Source: a virus. Taken from it: a stretch of DNA of 64,000 nucleotides. The translations under genes were made by a program, and so were the position numbers. The first letter of the stretch is position 1. Each line of letters begins with the position of its first letter. Below the pieces are notes generated by a model. The model saw only the letters and a program-made list of their open reading frames with translations, had not been told where the DNA came from and did no database searches. Positions 31,746 through 42,823 of the stretch are shown here, in pieces. Location of the stretch: positions 70,606 to 134,605 of the IMG/VR virus record IMGVR_UViG_3300017989_000003. The stretch is one strand, 5' to 3'.

Positions 31746-32344
31746 TCAATCACAAAATTCTCTGTCTGCTTCCAATTGCTTCGCAGTTTCATCAATAGCG
31801 TCAAATAGCCCTTCATCTTCGTTTTTACAATATAGTTCTTTCATATAATTGATGATATTTGTGTAGTTAATAGCCTTGGCGTCCATATCTATGAACGCCG
31901 AGTGAATCACGCTTAACCTTTTGCATAAAATCTCGTAGAAAAACTTATAATCAATCGTTTTGTCATAATTCAGGCAGTACTCAGTAATATAAAATCTATT
32001 ATTAGAGTACTCTATCAATCCCCAGCCATCAGGTATTTCAGAAGGTTTAGAAGGTTCTTTGGTGTCACAAAATATCTTATAGCATTAACAGTGCATAATT
32101 TCTTTTTCTTCTGGTTAAAGAAATCTGCTCTACTAATTTTTATTTCAATTAACATAGGCAAACTGATGTAATAACACTTTGGAAAAGCCAGTATATCAAT
32201 TTTTTCGTTGAACTTTCTTGGTTTATGTAATTGGACTTCAGTAAAAACCATCGAGCAATTTAGTCGTCTAGGCATACCACTTTTAGGTTTTAACAGCCAA
32301 GCTATAGTTCTATCAGTTAGTTCTTTGGTTTTTATATCAGCCAT
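31746..32344 (-). pseudogene. frameshifted PD-(D/E)XK (MmcB-like) nuclease
   Basis: IEIKISRADF and YFVTP; a frame change near 32047 restores EIPDGWGLIE and joins the two ORFs. Confidence 0.6.
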
Positions 32345-32505
32345 TTGCTCCTTCTGTTCCTTTTGTTGCTTTATTTACTTCCGAATAATCTTTTGCGCTT
32401 TTTTCGTTCGCCTCTTTTATTATTTTATCAATATCTTTTTTATTAATTAATTTACGGGCTTTTTTAAGCATTTTTTCCATATCTTTCGCTTTCATCGCTT
32501 ACTCC

Positions 32506-32778
32506 TTATTTATTAAATTTTAATAACTTCCAACTAATAGTTAAAAAATCACCATCCTCATAAATTTTATATCCTTTTTCTTCATAATGCTTGACAATTT
32601 GTTTTCTTAAATATTTCAGAGTGATTGATAACTCAATCTCATATAAGCCTCATATTGTATAACTTAGAATGATTTTGTCAATTTTCTCTATCGCTTCTTC
32701 AATAGTATATTCAAAAGAAATTGACAGATAATTAACTCTGTTATTGTCCGATAATTTATAAGCTTCTTCCGCTTTCAT
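32506..32778 (-). pseudogene. 90-codon ORF with in-frame TGA at 32652-32650 (not in the ORF track)
   Basis: AAGGAG RBS; the frame continues to a TAA overlapping the next RBS. Confidence 0.55.
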
Positions 32779-33128
32779 CGCTTACTCCTTATTTAGTTCG
32801 GTATTTTCCACAGCTTTATCTACACTATCCCAATTAATTGTACTTTCTATGTATTCAGTTTCAGAAAGAGAAAACCATTTTTCCCCCCATGGCAATTTGT
32901 TCTCACAAGATTTACAAATAAACTTCTCCCTAAACCTCTTAACCAGCAATTTCAGATTTTTGTTTACAGAGGCGTTCACTTCGTCTCTTGACTTTGGTAA
33001 ACCTTGAGAATTCTTATTCCATGGATTAACTGTTTGCATTGAAACAATGGTTCTCTGTCTATTTTTTCCGCATTTTTCGCAAACACCTTTGATAACTGTT
33101 TTTGATACCACTGTTTGAAAATCTGTTT

Positions 33129-33341
33129 TCATTTTCCCTCACTTTTCTTTGTTCTAAATTCATAAAAATTGTATCCACTTTTATCGTCATATTCTGGTAC
33201 ATCTAGTAATTCGGCTAAAATTCTTTCGTGCTCTCTATGAGCATCAACATCTTCTCAGCAGCTACACCCTTCAGAGTGCATATAATTTGCAACCGCTTCT
33301 CTTATTTTTTCTAATAATTCTTGTTTTTCCGTTTTACCCAT
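33129..33341 (-). pseudogene. 70-codon ORF with in-frame TGA in a GCSC* motif (not in the ORF track)
   Basis: TAATG coupling at the start and ATGA coupling at the end; TGA at 33257-33255. Confidence 0.65.
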
Positions 33342-33766
33342 TAATACTCCTCTATAAGTTCAGGGTTATCGTGAACATTGCCGATAATTTCTTTGAACGC
33401 TATACACAAAGAATTTATTGGCTCAATTCTGGAATCGTCTAAATACATTATGTACCATCCGTTGCCCTCAATGATGTATTCATCGGTTTTTTCATATTCG
33501 CCGAATTTTACTATCATTAATTCATCATTATAGTCGGCAATAATATCATCTTCGTAAATTTCCTTGCCGTTTTCACCGTCTTTTGACCCTGTGTATTGCC
33601 CCACAGTTTTAGGGTCAATAGGAACTTGAACATACGATACACCGCTGTTATCATCAATCTTTACAAGCATCGAATTATTGACTGACAACAACCCATAAAC
33701 CCAGTCACCTTTATCTATTGTATGTATCTGGTCTGTAGCAATTGCTCTAAATTTTATTTCTCGCAT
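33341..33766 (-). CDS. YopX-family phage protein
   Basis: REIKFRA, TVGQYTG, GKEIYEDDI, IIGNVHDNPEL. Confidence 0.85.
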   Translation of the reverse strand: MREIKFRAIATDQIHTIDKGDWVYGLLSVNNSMLVKIDDNSGVSYVQVPIDPKTVGQYTGSKDGENGKEIYEDDIIADYNDELMIVKFGEYEKTDEYIIEGNGWYIMYLDDSRIEPINSLCIAFKEIIGNVHDNPELIEEY

Positions 33767-34361
33767 GACTACTCCTTATTTAATTTCGTCTTCCCAAAAC
33801 ACCATATCTTTAAGTCGCATAATTTGGTTTTCCAGCGACAAAATCTTACTATCACGCAATTCCGTAGCTCTTTTTACCGCCTGTTTTTTACTCGCGAAAG
33901 CACTGAGTCCTATTTTGAACACCCCATAACTTAGTCCTATTCTTTTTCGTTCTTCTTCAGAGATATGGTAATAATTATCATCAACAGGCTTTGCTTCTGC
34001 CGTAATAATACCTCTTGTCAGCGCTTTGTCTGTAATATAGATTTTCATGACTACTCCTTAATTAATTCTTTTAATCTTTTATTTTCATCTTCTGCATTAC
34101 ATAATTTAGAAACTATGCTATCAATAATTTTATCTTTTTCTTTTATTATTTCTTCATAGGTTTTACATTCAAATTTCGGACAATCATTTTCATTTCCATC
34201 ATCCCAATCACCGTCTATCTTACAACCATCTATTTCTCCTTCTCCATATCCGCAACCTACAATTATTGCGTGTTTACAAGCATAAACTTGTAAATCTTCC
34301 CCTGTATAACAATTACCCTCGGCATAAGGTTTGTTATTTACATGCTCTTTTTTGTCCATGA

Positions 34362-35321
34362 CTACTCCTTAAAGTTTTTGTGTCTATTATTATAATCTAT
34401 ACATACGTCTAAACAATTATTTCTACATATTTCATCTTTGTAACAATTATGTTTTATATAGTAATCAAATCTTTGCGCTCGCATAAAACATCCTACCTCG
34501 CCTATAGGTTCACAACCTTCTCGCATTTTGATTATGCAAGGATAATGATAATTTCCTCGAATAGCCATATCATCAAGTATTAACGGGCATTTATGATTAT
34601 CTGTTTTTTGAATGCCTCGAACGTTCCGACCGTTTTTATAATTATTTACTCGATATTTTAATATTGGATGGCTGTTCAATATTTCGTCAGGTATTTTTTC
34701 GCAAAATTCTAACATTTCATTCGATTGTGCAGAACTTATTATTCTTATATCTGCCACACCTAATTTGTGTGCAAGTTCAATTGTTTCTAAAGATTGTTGA
34801 ATATTGTTTTTATCAAATACACAGCCAACCGTAACATAAGTTAATCTTGATAATATCTGAATGTTATTAATGATTTGTTGAAAATATCCTGATGTCCCCG
34901 ACATTTTATCCGCGAAAGATTCACAACAAGCATCTAAAGATATAGAGAAATCGTTAACACCTAATTTTTTTAATTTAATGTAATAAGAAGTTTTTTGCGA
35001 ACCATTAGTTGATATTGCAATTCTTTCTATCGAAGGTTTGTTTTTTGTATATTTTATTAATTCAGGTAACCATTTTACAAGAGTTGGTTCTCCTCCACTA
35101 AATCTTATGTTTTTTAATCCTTCATTACACCACAAATCAACAATATATTTTGCATGTTCGTAGGTAATATTTGCATCTTCCTGTGTTCCACGGCAATATT
35201 TGCAATTAAAATTGCATCTATTAGTCAATAATAACTCACATCTCCACAAAGGGCTGTTTATACCTGAATTTTCTGCTCTTTCGTCAGATAATGTATAAAA
35301 TCCTATATCTTCCAGTTTCAT
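34362..35321 (-). CDS. radical SAM protein (MoaA-like)
   Basis: CNFNCKYC, FSGGEP, ISTNG, ISLDA; true start is probably ATG 35321 after AAGGAG. Confidence 0.85.
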   Translation of the reverse strand: MKLEDIGFYTLSDERAENSGINSPLWRCELLLTNRCNFNCKYCRGTQEDANITYEHAKYIVDLWCNEGLKNIRFSGGEPTLVKWLPELIKYTKNKPSIERIAISTNGSQKTSYYIKLKKLGVNDFSISLDACCESFADKMSGTSGYFQQIINNIQILSRLTYVTVGCVFDKNNIQQSLETIELAHKLGVADIRIISSAQSNEMLEFCEKIPDEILNSHPILKYRVNNYKNGRNVRGIQKTDNHKCPLILDDMAIRGNYHYPCIIKMREGCEPIGEVGCFMRAQRFDYYIKHNCYKDEICRNNCLDVCIDYNNRHKNFKE

Positions 35322-35336
35322 AATACTCCTTAAAGT

Positions 35337-35457
35337 TGGTGGGGCGGGCAAGGTTCGATACTTGCACGACAGGTTTACAGCAACCTTCTTTTACACCTGT
35401 CTTACTGCTGTTAGTATTTGCCACAGACTATTAGCGTCTAACTTTCGCCACCGCCCC
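35337..35457 (-). ncRNA. tRNA-like RNA (121 nt) with encoded CCA and no canonical anticodon arm
   Basis: GGGGCGG/CCGCCCC acceptor plus ACCA; Leu-like D region TGGCGAA...AGACGC; T stem GCAAG/CTTGC. Confidence 0.7.
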
Positions 35458-35579
35458 AATAATTTTTATGTTACTCTTTGGCTAAGTTTGGGTTACAGTG
35501 AATGTTGTCGATAATTTCAAATGAGAAATCCATCATCATTGCAAATCTAACAGTTGTTAGGTCATAAATGCTCTAAATT

Positions 35580-38500
35580 TTATTTCTTGCATGTTTTCTC
35601 TTTCGTATCCTTATACGTTTGTGTCTGTGTTTGCTGCTCTAACAATTCAATGATTTTTTTGTTTTGCTGTTCGATTGGTGATAAAAAACCGTACATAAGT
35701 ATTGCATAACATATCAATATTAGTGCTGTTAATAAATAATGATTAACCATTAAATCAGAACGCAACTTTTCATAATCACTTTTGTTCATTACTCACCTCT
35801 TCAAATAATATTTAATACCCCTCTCCCCAAACAATATGACCAATATCGCTTGTAGAATTTTTATCAAAAGAATAAATAGTACTTATCCCGTTATTGCAAG
35901 CAGGACATACTTCTGGTCATGTACTATCTATTGGAATATAAATAACATTATCACAAATTCCACAATGACATATTTTGACAGTGCTTTCTTCCATCATTCA
36001 CCTTCTTTCATGCCGTCAGAATCAGCACACCTGAAGTCATCAATAACGGATTGATTATCATTAATAAAATCTTTATCTTGCATCGCTTGTTTAAGATTCT
36101 CCAATTTTTCTTCTTTTGATTGTGTTTTAAGTCTTTTTCGTGTTTTAAGTCTTTTTCTTTGTTTTGTTCGAACTATTCCATCTTCTAATTTATCCATTCT
36201 TGCTTTACGTTCATCCTCTATTTTTTCGTTATGCTTAAGAACTTCTTCATAAAGCTCAAGGTCACTAAAAAATTGATGATTATAATCAGGAATATCCCTT
36301 TGCATAATTTCATCTCCACCCATTCTAAAAGTGTCTAATATGACAACTTCATAACCTTTTTGTTTTAATAATTCAATAAGTTCGTTGTATACATCTCTAT
36401 GACCAATAAAATCGTCAGCTATCTTTCCTGACTCTAAAGAATTTTTCTGTGCTTTTGGCAATAATTCTTGGCATAAATCATGCCAATCAATCTCATCACC
36501 GTAAAATATTATTTTATCATATTCATCAAACCACTGATATTCAAGTAAATAATATTCTTTCGGACTTAAGCGCATGACTACTCCTTAATTACATCTGATT
36601 TATTGCAAACTTCAATTAGCTCGATAACTACTTCGAGACGTGTTTTTCCTGTTTGCTCTGCGACATATTCAATATCACCTTGGATATTTATCGAATTAAA
36701 TGTTGGATTGTAGTAGTCTGTGCTGACTAAATAGTTTGTCTCATCGTTAATGCAATACATTTCGAATTTTGTCTGATTCCTGATATCGAAAAGCAACTCA
36801 ATCAGTTGGTCGAATTTATACTTATAGTATTCCTCGCTGGTTTCGTAATGTTTTATGATTTTTTCATAAACTTCTACCTGTGAACATTCCCAATACTTAC
36901 AATACTCTTCTAATTGAATAATTCGTGAACCGTCTAACAACATGTCGTGAATACTAAAATTATCTTTTAGATACCATTCAGCTTTTTCTCTTAGTTTTTC
37001 TCGGCGTTTTACTTCTGTTTGGCAAGCATCATATCCTCTGTTGTCGTCACATGTTTCACATTCTTTGTGAGGATATTCTCCGAAATTCTCACATTCTTTC
37101 TTGCTTTTTTGCTCTTTCAGTTTCTCAAATTGCTGTTTTGCTGATTCTATTTCTTCAGTGTTTAAGTCGCTAAAACCTTTATATATTGTAAATTTTTCTG
37201 TAACAGCACTAATATATTTTCCATCTACATAAAAGTGGTATGGAAAATTTTCGTTTTTCTCAGGTTCATACTTGACCTCGATTTTGCGAGCTTTAGGCTT
37301 TGCCCCATACTCCAGTTTCTCGCAGTTTTCTATTTCTTTTTCTCTATCCTCGACTTCTTCAAGTACTTCAGCCTCTCGCGTCTTCTCTATCACAGTTTGC
37401 TCTTCCTCAACCACTTCCTTTACAGCAATTATCGATATACGCGCTTCAAGGTTTTTAATGCGCTGCGCAAGCGCATCTGTTTGCGTAGCAAGCGCCTTAA
37501 CGTGCTCCTCTATTGGCGCGACTTTTAGAGCACAGGGACAGTTTGTCAGGGCGTCAACTATTAAATTTTTGACATGTTTTTCGTCAATTGGCACTATTAC
37601 ATCGTCAGGACGAAGTTCGTGTGTTTTTGTACACCAATGTTCTGTGTTTACTATTTTTTCAGCTTGCTCAATCGTTATATCTTTGCCGAAATGCTTTGCT
37701 ACTCCTTGAAGTACTTCTGCCGCTGTTTTGGTGCCTCTTTTCGGCATAGAGCTATCATCCTCAATTTCTTTGTTTTCGTTAACAGAATTTTCCATTTTTT
37801 CCTCCATATCTGGGTAACTCATACGTTACTCCTTTATTGGTTTATAGTTTTCTTTATCTTGAGCCTGCGCTAGTGCAATGTCAATTTGCTTCTGTATACA
37901 CGTAGGGCTTCTTCGTACCCTTCCTGTATTAGTTGTTAATAACAACTCGTTGTACACCATACAATAGTAACTACCGTGAATAGGTTTATAGTACAACCTA
38001 CAATTTCCACAAGTTATTTTCCCTACTTCCTGAATAGTTCGAATTTCAATTTTGTGCACTGGTTCCTCCAATTTTAGTATTTAATAAAACAAACCAAACC
38101 AACAATCCTAACCATAAAGCGCACTAAGCAGCCATGTTGGTTGTTTTTTTATTTTATATTTTTTCAGAAACTCTCTGAATTTTTCTTTGGCTTGGTTACT
38201 AACTTTGATTTTTGATATGTTTAATTTCTCGCAGCCGTCAGCACATATAATACTCGAAGGAACACATAGAATAAAGTTGTCGGTATTATCATAGCTCCAA
38301 AAATATAATAATTCGAAAGGCATCGGATATCTTTTGTCCCACTGATGAATATAATCGTAATACCTTTCTTCATCTTCATCAGTAATACCGGGTTTTTTAT
38401 TATCAGCATCTTCCCATATTTCATAAGGATTTTTGTAGCCGTTTATTTCACGCCACCAATCTTCCTCGCTTTCGTAGATATTTTCACCAGTTTCTGGGTC

Positions 38501-39361
38501 GTATTTTTTCCAAGGCAAATCTCCAGAATCGACAACGACTCCAAAACATATTGTTGCATCAACACTAATTCCCATTTTTCACCTCCATTAACAAAAACTA
38601 CACTTACTACGGCTCGTCTAGCGAGTCAGCAACAGTATTATGTTCCATTAGATTGCACACGGCTTCTTCGTGTGCTCGGATTTCGTCCGCATTAAGGGAT
38701 TCTATCAACTCTGGCGTTACAATCACACTCCAGCTGCTATTGCGCAGCTCCCTGTCTAACAAGCTAAACTCTTCTAGCTCGATTACTTTGTACCCTTCAA
38801 GTACTAGTACTTCGATGAGTCCCGTGATAACGTCGTCTGTACCTATATAGTACTCTTTGCCGATACGCTCTAGTAAGTGTTTAACAGCTTTCGGAACTAA
38901 TCTTTGACAGTACTTTTTCCAATTTTCTCTTTGCTTACCGTACACAATTACAGGACTATACGATTCGTTGTCATACGTAGACACGTAATAATACGCATTG
39001 TCTCCAATTGCACCTATCTTACCTGGATTAAACTGACAATTTTTACACATAATCACATTCCTTTCAGTACGTAAGAAAATGCCAATAATAGCATAGAGAT
39101 AGCAAAGGATATAATGATAATCCATACAATTGTGGACTTGCTACATGTTTGCTTTTCTTCAAGTAACTTCTTAATTTTAGGATTAGTGAATAATTCATCG
39201 TAACTTTCATTTCGATGTTCAGGGATACTTTGGATTGTTACGTCCCTAATCATATTGAATAGTAATGATAGTACTCTTTTATCAATGTTATCTTTGTTAC
39301 TTTTATTCTTCATTTTGCCACTCCACATCAAGTAGGTTATCCACTGGTATATCAAATGCAC
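35580..39361 (-). other. Block of hypothetical ORFs (including 414-aa coiled-coil protein 36578-37822; 35994-36575 and 38607-39125 weakly similar)
   Basis: Tightly coupled ORFs; shared W...CQ.L.PKA...IG..DV...LIE.L...GY.V pattern. Confidence 0.65.
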
Positions 39362-39836
39362 TAGCTATCGATTTTAATTCACCAAACGTTAAAAACGCAG
39401 AGTCGCGAGTAACATGCCAGTATTTACCTGAATTTATCCCACATTTTTCACAGAACTTCTTTGGCAGCAATCCTGAGGAAGCGCGAAGTTCCTTAACATT
39501 AAAAGTTACCCCACTATGTCTAACTTCTTCGTCATCACTGTAATATTCTTTTAGAACATCTTCAGTTTCGGCATCTTCAGTTTCGGCAGTGTTTTCAAGT
39601 ACTGTAATATCACCATCTGCGTTACGAACATACTCTGAAGCGTCATTCGGTAGCTTTACAGAATATACCAATGTTGCTATAAAACTTTCATTTACTTTGG
39701 ATACATTGTGTGATATGTATTTAGAACACGGTATTCCTGCGTTTTCTAACCATACCTCCATGTTTTTATCAAGGTCACTAAGTGTTTCCCCCCAAAATAG
39801 TTTTACACGTAGTGCGTCCATTAATTTTCCTCTCAT
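39303..39836 (-). CDS. protein with C-terminal XRE-type HTH
   Basis: NVKELR...GL...FCEKCGI...ELKSIASAFDIPVDNLL. Confidence 0.6.
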   Translation of the reverse strand: MRGKLMDALRVKLFWGETLSDLDKNMEVWLENAGIPCSKYISHNVSKVNESFIATLVYSVKLPNDASEYVRNADGDITVLENTAETEDAETEDVLKEYYSDDEEVRHSGVTFNVKELRASSGLLPKKFCEKCGINSGKYWHVTRDSAFLTFGELKSIASAFDIPVDNLLDVEWQNEE

Positions 39837-39888
39837 TGTTGGATGAAAAGGTGACCCCTTGGCTCAAGGGTCACCTCTTTTGTAGTAG

Positions 39889-40122
39889 TTACTCCTTGAC
39901 GGTATTTCTAATTTCTAATACCGTCTTTCGGATTCCATCCGCTTTTTTCTTTACGTCCATCATAGCGCTTCGTACCCGTGTTCCTGCTGCTTTGTTTCCA
40001 TTGTCGGTTTTTGTTACATCATCCTCGAGAGCAACAAGTTGTTCCATCATTTCATTGTAGAGTACGGAAATTGACAGTTGCGCTTTTTTTACTGTCTTCT
40101 TTTTCTTCGAGCTTTTAGCCAT
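39889..40122 (-). CDS. histone H1-like Hc1-family nucleoid protein
   Basis: GNKAAGTRVR..M..VK......R motif; Lys-rich N-terminus; followed by a hairpin at 39847-39880. Confidence 0.7.
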   Translation of the reverse strand: MAKSSKKKKTVKKAQLSISVLYNEMMEQLVALEDDVTKTDNGNKAAGTRVRSAMMDVKKKADGIRKTVLEIRNTVKE

Positions 40123-40644
40123 AGACATTACTCCTTTCATAAAGTAGTTATTGGCTAAACCTGACTCTCAGGTTTATAAAATCAAAAAATACCACCAAAC
40201 ATATTGTTATTTTTGTCAGTATCGACACTTTTGGATTTTTTATTTGTAGTTCTATTATTTTCAGAATCTATTAGTTTACTAAGTATCAAATATGTTACGA
40301 ATAATACTACAGTAAAGGGGGATATAACTATTAGCAGTATAATGGTACATATAGTGCTAATTTCCCACTCTCTCGGATGCCCAGGTGGATTATGTAGTAA
40401 AACCATTGTTATCCCACCAACGACAAGACCATACGAAAATGTCAAGAAGATTATTGTAAGTATCATATTATCCCCCAGAGTGTAAACATGGGGGTGTTTT
40501 ACCCGTTGATAAAGAGCACAATAAGAAAAAGTTCCTTATAATCAGGAGTTGGGCTATTTTAGTATTGAATGCTCATCTTTCAGTTCCCTAAAACGGGTAT
40601 CTATAAGGGTAAAACACCTATGTTAAGCTACTGCTTAGCCATGT

Positions 40645-41250
40645 TTACAATTTTATATTTTCAAATAACAAAGCTGTATTTCTAAAAATACACGTAATAT
40701 CTTCTGAGATATTGAACCGGGTTTTATTATGCTCTATGGACTTCATAATATCCCCATCTGCATGTCTTCTGGTGGCGGCTACCCAGTCACAGAACATCTC
40801 AACAATATCTACTATAGTCATACTTCGGAGCGTAAATCGTTTCACAATAATTCCATCGCATACTTTACTATTATCAAAATTTTTACCAATGTGTGTAAGC
40901 ACCAATCTTTGGCATTTTTCTCCATCTGTAAATAGTTCAACCTCTCGTCCGCATTTATCACACACTCCTACACAATTTTCGTAGTATTCTGGATGATGTC
41001 TATTGTGTGAATAATGGTGGCTTAGGGCTTCCTGCATATTACCCAGACATTCTTTGTATTCGTCACTTCCATAAGTAAGGGTTTTTAGTTTCGGAGTATA
41101 CTCTGCGAAGACAGATAATTCGGGTTCTTCTAGTTTACTAGAATCATGGTATTCCCCACGTAATTCTAGCATTTTTATTACCTGTGATAGAAGCTGCTTA
41201 ACCGCTTCTATGTGTTTTTTAGTCTCTTGGATTGTCTCATTCTTGTCCAT
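40645..41250 (-). CDS. DUF5662-like HD-type protein with Zn-ribbon insertion
   Basis: HDSSK, HHY.HNRHHPEY, EMFCDW. Confidence 0.7.
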   Translation of the reverse strand: MDKNETIQETKKHIEAVKQLLSQVIKMLELRGEYHDSSKLEEPELSVFAEYTPKLKTLTYGSDEYKECLGNMQEALSHHYSHNRHHPEYYENCVGVCDKCGREVELFTDGEKCQRLVLTHIGKNFDNSKVCDGIIVKRFTLRSMTIVDIVEMFCDWVAATRRHADGDIMKSIEHNKTRFNISEDITCIFRNTALLFENIKL

Positions 41251-41311
41251 TTTATTCCTTAGTTAAGGTTTACTTACCCATGTAAACTTTTGTCTTTGCT
41301 TCACAAATCCA

Positions 41312-41719
41312 TTAAAGCCATCTGCGACAGCATCTGGAACCTCCTTCTGTCTTTGATTTAATGTTACCGCAGTATGAAAGCTCTTTCCAGTCGCTTTTCG
41401 ATATATGGAAAAGTGGGGTAGTTTGCTCTGGTGAGTCTTCGAATGTAAAACACCAGCAACTTAAGATACTATCCCATACTATGTAAGCTCCAGATTCGTT
41501 AATTATATCTCCATCAAATATTTCGTCTCCATTATCATAAAACTTATTGATGCCTATAGCTACAGGGACGTTAAAGTTGTAGTCGTCAGAAAGAACGTTA
41601 TTTTCGACAAACAACGTACGTGTTGTATCGTTACGACTTAACAAGTCTTTTAGTGTTACGAGGTGCCATCGGTTCTCAATAAATACTTTGAACCTAAAGT
41701 TAAAGATTCTGGGAGTCAT
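41312..41719 (-). CDS. YopX-like protein
   Basis: FRFKVF...NGDEIFDGDII...GNI. Confidence 0.55.
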   Translation of the reverse strand: MTPRIFNFRFKVFIENRWHLVTLKDLLSRNDTTRTLFVENNVLSDDYNFNVPVAIGINKFYDNGDEIFDGDIINESGAYIVWDSILSCWCFTFEDSPEQTTPLFHISKSDWKELSYCGNIKSKTEGGSRCCRRWL

Positions 41720-42627
41720 TACTTGCTACTCCTTTTTATAGATTTGTAGTCTACATACTCTGGGCTTACAGGTAGTTCAAAATATTGTTTCAGGTTATTC
41801 CAATCCATGTCCCTGATAGTATATATTTTACTTGCGTTAAAGCTGGCGTATGAATTTCCTATTTTTGATACTCCTCTTTGCTCAGCACGAAGTTTATTTA
41901 GTGTGATGTCAATGTATTTCTCACTAATGTCGATTCCTATATAGTTGCGGTTAAGTCGTTTTGCGGCTATAACTGACGTGCCCGTTCCAACAAATGGGTC
42001 TAACACTATGTCATTTTCGTCTGATGTTAGTAGGATAATCCTTTCTAGCAAATGCAACGGAAGTTGACAAGGGTGTTTATCGCGGTATTTATTATGTTTT
42101 ATTCTATGAATGTCAGTCCATACATCTGAAATAAGGGGTCCAAAAGGATGTATTGTATCCTTTTTTCCGCCATAGTCTTTTAGGAGATAATGACACTTAC
42201 GACATCTCTTGTGCGGGTGTCTTAGTTCGTATAATTTCTGGTTATGAGGCTCTTTAGCGTATAGCAGAATGCCATAGTGGGCAGGTTGTAGGGTTTTACC
42301 CATTGGTCTTGTTGGTGCATCCCAAGAAATCCAGTTTCTGAATGTTGCGTGCTTATTAAGATACCGAGTGTAAAAAGTAAGCCACTTTGGGATATTATGT
42401 ACAATTATAGACCCTGTTGGCTTAGTAACTCGAACCATTTCCATAATCCATTTTTTACACCAACGCATATATCTGTCGAAGTCTTTACAATCTTTGTACG
42501 TATCGTACTTCTTTTGTAAATTAAATGGCGGGTCTGCGAATGAGACGTCAATACAGTTATCTGGCAATTCTTTAAGCGCCATTAAACAATCCCCGGTTAT
42601 AAGTGTATTAATAATACTATTATCCAT
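41719..42627 (-). CDS. beta-class N4/N6 DNA methyltransferase
   Basis: DPPF, HPCQLP, VLDPFVGTGTS. Confidence 0.9.
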   Translation of the reverse strand: MDNSIINTLITGDCLMALKELPDNCIDVSFADPPFNLQKKYDTYKDCKDFDRYMRWCKKWIMEMVRVTKPTGSIIVHNIPKWLTFYTRYLNKHATFRNWISWDAPTRPMGKTLQPAHYGILLYAKEPHNQKLYELRHPHKRCRKCHYLLKDYGGKKDTIHPFGPLISDVWTDIHRIKHNKYRDKHPCQLPLHLLERIILLTSDENDIVLDPFVGTGTSVIAAKRLNRNYIGIDISEKYIDITLNKLRAEQRGVSKIGNSYASFNASKIYTIRDMDWNNLKQYFELPVSPEYVDYKSIKRSSK

Positions 42628-42823
42628 AACTGTAAGTATAGCTGTTGTCTTCGTACATTATTACTCTTGATGAACATACTGTAACGTCGTCACTCGTTGA
42701 GTAAAACGTTACGTATGAACTAACCATTGGAATTGCAAACTTACGTTTGTTGTTCTCGAATGGTAGTTCCAGCTGCTTTACGTTGAAGTTTTTTATACTA
42801 TCATGGTTTGTTTTATTTCCCAT

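Noticed and set aside
35337-35457. tmRNA or tRNA-Sec
   Set aside because: Too short for tmRNA and no G3.U70; no TCA anticodon and only a 7-bp acceptor
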